A stretch of 64,000 nt of DNA from Amoebophrya sp. A120 (Eukaryota > Protista > Dinoflagellata), in NCBI GenBank assembly GCA_905178155.1, contig CAJINV010000009.1, positions 3,898,957-3,962,956 on the forward strand, read 5' to 3'. The position numbers were made by a program, and so were the translations under genes. Under the pieces are notes generated by a model that was given only the letters and a program-made list of their open reading frames with translations, was not told the DNA's origin and did no database searches. Shown here in pieces: positions 59,041 through 64,000 of the stretch. How positions within the stretch are numbered: position 1 is the first letter of the stretch; the number at the start of each line of letters is the position of its first letter.

Positions 59041-62000
59041 AGACCTGTTATCCAAATATTAGAACTCTTTTATGAATAGAACCAGCACGGCGTAGGACGT
59101 CGCTTGCTTTTTCGTGCGTAGAGACTAGAGCGCTGAATGAAAAATATGCGCAGGGGCTGCTGACTGCGTCTGCGCTTGCACAGTGGGGATAACATCAAAC
59201 TGTGTAAAAATTGTCTTGACCACTAGGTGAAAACGCTGATCATGTGGCGTCCCTGCCAGAGAAGTCCTCGCGCTTTACCGCGGGACAGCGCAGTTTCTGT
59301 TGCAACTTTCTGCATGTTCCTGTTGCTACAACATGAAACAACTGAGTCACTCTTGTTGGGCATTCGCCTTCGTCGTTTCTAATTTCTTGCTTATTTTGAA
59401 GCTAGCTGAGCTCGATCTTGAGCGAAAGCAACATCTGGACGAGAGACCGAAAGAGCGCCATCTGTTGTTTGTTTCTTTGGTTCGCGAGCGAAAAAAGTGC
59501 TGAGCTCCCCCATAGACTCATTCTTTTTACTCTCCTTATTTGCTTTTGCCATGCTTACATACTGATACCTCTCTCTAAAACTAAACTTCGCGCAACATTC
59601 TAGCGCCCTCGTTGATGACTTTGAGTTTGACCGAGTGCGCCAGTGTCTGTTTCCGCATGTCCGATCCTGAATGGCAGCGATTGCGGTACCAGCAACAATG
59701 CGACGCGAAGAGCCGCCTCCCCGTCTGTTCGCGTAGGGAGCCGGCCCATGGCGAATAGTTTGTCGAGTGTGAGGCGTGTGCCGCGGTGGAAGGGTCGCCG
59801 AGGCGAAGACACAGGCGCCGGACCTGTGGGCGCCGCCCGTCCGCGCTCTCACGTGGCTGCAGAACGCCCGCAGAACCTCATCTTCCACGATCCGGACCCG
59901 GCCGCCCAGAGACCCACCCCGGGCGGTGGTGCCGCGTCGCGTACGTTGAACGGACGCGCGCCCGCCCGGCGCCCCTCCGCGGCCGGCGAAGATGAGGGCG
60001 CAGGCGTTCACAGTGTTTGGGGGCGGCGCTTTTGTTTTTGTCATTATTTTTTTGTGTGTCTTCGGATCGTGCAATAGTATGCATAGCCGGAACGCAACCC
60101 GTTGCGTCCATGTCTCCAGTTCCGGCGCGCGCGTAGGTACAAGAAGCCGGCCCCGTCGCAAATGCGGCGGCCGCCCCTCTCGCTCGTTCGTTGTGTGAGG
60201 TGCGCCACCGCTAACGCCCCCCGCCAGCCGGGGGCGCCCTGTCTCCCTGCCTGCCCGCGGCGCTCGTCCGTCCGGCGGGCTTCCGCGCAAGCGGGCACGC
60301 CCCGCGTGGGTATGGTGCTTTGCCTTTGTGGGTTGGTCTGCCGGCCTTCGCAATGTCAATCAGCCGACGTGAACAAACCCACGCGCGTCCTGCTTTGTTT
60401 GCCTCAGTCCGTCCCTCTGATTGCGTGCGCGCCGCGCCATTTCATGGATGTTCGTTGGTGGCGCGCGACGGCGCGAGCGTGGTGTGAGAAAAATTCCCCC
60501 CTCCCCGCCGGTGGCTCTGTGGCCCTACCAACGCGCCCGGCGGGTGGCCGAAGAACGCAACGAACCAATTTGCTGCTGTTGGTGATGTGAATGAAAGAAA
60601 AAAAACGGAATCGGCCTGCGTTTAATTATTTGATCTCGTGTTGGCGTTCATCTTCATTCCGAGACATCTCAACATCGATGAAATGACTACCAAATTCACT
60701 GATTCAAATAACACAATCGATGTCAATTCTTCTGGGAAAAATTTATGGTGATGATCATTCACAACCCATCTGATTCATTCTCATGAGATTTAGATTACAA
60801 CATTGAATTAATTTCATTCTTGATCCACAATTTCATCTATTCATGAATCGATATATTCAGATCCTGTTTCGAATGAATGAAAATGATATATGATATATCG
60901 TAGAGGTATAGAATGAAGAGAGATGATGAATTTTTTCAGGATCAATTTTTTTCAATTTTTTCAGGATGAATTTTCTCAGGATGAAACTCATGATAATAGA
61001 TGCAGGATCTTTTCTTTATTTCTGGTCATATGATATCTTGGGTATGATTCATATTCATCATAGGTCCGGTCCGAGATTCTTCTTCAGGATCTTGAAAGAA
61101 AAAAATGAATCAATTTATTATCATGAAGGAATGTTGATCTTTCTCATTCAAATCATCATGAAAATGTGAATCTTGATATCGATGATTATCATTCTATATG
61201 GATATCCTGAATAATTCGAAATTCTTGATTGTAATATCCGATTTCATAAATAACATACATCATTCGATCAATGAAAATAAAAAAACAAATTATGAGTTTA
61301 TGATTGAATCATTTCATATCCGGTCAGAAACAGGAAAGAAAGAAAGAAAGAAAATGGAAATTATCTTTCTTTCTTTCTTTCCATGCCCGGACATGATTTC
61401 ATCTCGATTATTCAAATGATTTTCTTCTCCCCTCCATATCCTGAATGATCATATTGATGATTGATCCCCAGATATATGGTGGATCCAAAGAATGGAAGAG
61501 ATCATGATATCATGAGTTTCTCTATTAGAGGCAACAAATAAAATGAATCTTTTCGAAGCATGAAAAAAACAGACGAAATCTATTCTGATCCCAATTCGAT
61601 CGACCGAATCCATTAGGCTTGATGGGATTCGAGAAAAAAATAGAGAGGGTCTTTTGTGATTTGATTCGCATTGGCATTGCCCGAGAACAGTGAAGAGGCA
61701 ATGCTATCATGGTGGTACTAAGTTTGATTCTTGTTCCTATTATGGCCCATGTCTGAAATCTGTATGATGCTCGCCGTCGCAACGAACTGGATCGGAAGAC
61801 CAGGCGCAACGCGATGCTCTCCTCGCGATTCGATTGCGATCATGATTTTCTCAGATAGATTCACACGCCTATCGAAAGCAATCCGACACCTATCGGACTG
61901 CTTTCGGATTCGGTAGGAATGCGATAGGAGTGGTCTGCGCCGCCCCTCACGGGGGGGCACTGGCTATCTCGGTGTTAGTTTTATCGTAAGCCTTCAAAGC

Positions 62001-62945
62001 GGTCCCACGCGCAACCCGGCGACGGACCCAAATGGCCGCCTGGCCAAATGCCCAAAAAGAGAAACAAGAAAACCACGCGGGAAACACGCCAAGACGACAC
62101 GCCAACCACCTGCGCATCGAAGAGGCGCGCCTATTTTTCTTTTGCCTAGTTCCAATCTAATTCCAGGCCGCCGGGTTTTCACGGCTAAAATGACAGGGCA
62201 ACGGAATTGCAAAAAAAGGAAAAAGGTAAGGCAGGCCCAAAATGGCAATGAGCCAAAAATTTAAACAAGAAACGAGGCACAGAAATAACCCCAGGAAATT
62301 AGAAAAAAAAGCGAAACAAGAAACGTAGCAAGGAACGAGCGAGGTAAGAAACCAAAGGCGAAGACGGTCGGGAAAATGTATGACACAGATGAAGTAGGCG
62401 CGTCTTCCGCGCCTCTTTCGTCTGTGTCTGTGTCAAGAGCAAGGGATGGCGCAGCCCGTGCCTCTATTCAATTTATAGAAACACAAAAACTCAGGGTCTG
62501 GAATTTATGCCACACTCCGACGCGGAGAGATGGATGGGTAGACAATTTCGCAGATTGAACGGGGTCGATGGTCATTAATTCGATCAGAGAAGAAGAAAAT
62601 GGGAAAAAATGCGGAAGAAATTGGAACTGCGCAGCAACTCCGTGAGCGATCGCAATGCTTACCACGATTCTGCTGCTTTTTGGTTGTGGATCCGATTCGT
62701 CTCCGTCGTCAATTTTGTCGCGCTTTTGATCTTTCTCGTGGGAGGGCGGGGAACAAAGACGAGGGCAACGCTGGCGCGTTGGAATTGAAGAAACACACAC
62801 CCACCGGCCTGCTCATTACCATGACCCTTCCGGGAACCCAGGACAACCCAAGAAGACGGCCGCCCCTCCCTGAGATTGATCGCGATCGGGCGTCGACCCA
62901 CTCGTACACAAAGGGAGCCAAGCCGGCAAACGCAAGCAAGGACGG

Positions 62946-62946
<1 letters not shown>

Positions 62947-62988
<42 letters not shown>
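62947..62988. repeat. (AC)21 microsatellite
   Basis: Seen directly. Confidence 0.95.
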
Positions 62989-62990
<2 letters not shown>

Positions 62991-63654
62991 GCGGCCACCT
63001 TAATGGGCCGGCTCGTTGCCGCACGGAGTAGCGCGGCCGCGCCTTGCGTGTAGTTTTGGGAGGCCAAAAGGGGCCCGGTGGCTGTGAGTATTGCCCAAGA
63101 CCGCGGGCCGCGCACGGTAAACGAATCAGGCAGGCGCAATCTTAGGGCGCGGCCAGCAGCGCCAACACAGGCCACCGGCAGCAGGGTCGGCCTTCCGGTT
63201 CCAACGCGCGCAGCTGGCGCACCATATTCGGGGGGCCCTTTTGCCAAGCCCCGCGGCGGGCTTTTGATTGACTTCTTCTCGCGCTTGCTTTTGGGGGCGC
63301 TGGGTAGCAAAACGAAGGGAGGCAGCTGGCCACGAGACAACCCCTGCGGGCGTGAATTTTCGCAAATGAAGCCAGAGAACACGAAACGCGCAAGCGCTTT
63401 CAGATGAGTGGCACGACCAGCGGCCTGCGCAATGCGCCAGGCGGGGTGGGGGCTGCGGCTGCGGCTGTAGCACTCCCGCGCGGCGCTAATATATAAGCAA
63501 AAAACGGCGGAAAGTGGCCACTTGGAGCCCCGGGCGCGGGTACTTTTCGCGTTTTCGTTTTTCGCCCTTCCGCGCTTGGCGCTTCCGGCTGGCACAGCGG
63601 GACGGAGCGCCGCCCGCCCGGCAAGCAGGCGCACCCCCACCGGCGCGAGAGGGG

Positions 63655-64000
63655 TAGATCAACAGGGGATTGATCTGTAGATCAATCCGAGCTTGATCCT
63701 CAGATCAATATTCGCCGATGCTATGAGACAAACGGGGACGGAGCAATCTGGGATTGATCTGTAGATCCATCCGAGATTGCTCCGTAGATCAACAGGGGTT
63801 TGATCGGTAGATCAGCAGGGGATTGATCTGTAGATCAATCCGAGATTGGTCCGCAGATCAATATTCGCCGATGCTATGAGACAAACAGGGATCAATCTGG
63901 GATTGATCTGTAGATCAGTCCGAGATTGATCCGCAGAGCAATATTCGCCGATGCTATGAGACAAACGGGGATCAATCTGGGATTGATCTGTAGATCAATC
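63655..64000. repeat. GATC-rich tandem repeat (~80-bp unit) containing the hairpin gattgatctgtagatcaatc; runs off the window
   Basis: atattcgccgatgctatgagacaaac at 63708, 63861 and 63941. Confidence 0.85.

Noticed and set aside
59391-63640. Long GC-rich ORFs (59391-60359, 62816-63640)
   Set aside because: Low-complexity Arg/Gly/Ala content, a microsatellite within one, overlap on both strands and no introners or domains

Overview
This is eukaryotic, gene-dense DNA. Its architecture matches, from general knowledge and not from any database search, the syndinian parasitic dinoflagellate Amoebophrya. About 12 protein genes lie on the + strand. They include an ADAT1-like deaminase, three tandem MSRHGS paralogs, a secreted TPR-like protein, a PhyH-type dioxygenase, a SYP7-like SNARE, a C2H2-LRAT-RING protein, a 1,859-aa PAN/Cys-rich adhesin and a PPG1-like phosphatase. 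I count 69 insertions in these genes that follow one rule: 5-bp direct repeat | TAT...terminal inverted repeat...ATA | 5-bp direct repeat, with no consistent GT-AG ends. Removing each element plus one direct-repeat copy restores the reading frame; for the ten gene models I could reconstruct end to end, summed exon lengths are multiples of 3. They behave as transposon-derived non-canonical introns (introners) from about 9 families plus singletons, in both orientations. Only 3 canonical GT-AG introns were found. Two introners carry nested elements: a 5.7-kb 5'-truncated RNase H LINE whose long 3' region holds two diverged copies of an apparently structured ~700-nt RNA, and a 962-bp hAT-like element. 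A foldback region with a perfect 217-bp-arm palindrome (26.8-28.3 kb) and repeats at 60.6-64 kb are also present. All coordinates were read by eye, and exon boundaries can slide by up to 5 nt within the direct repeats.
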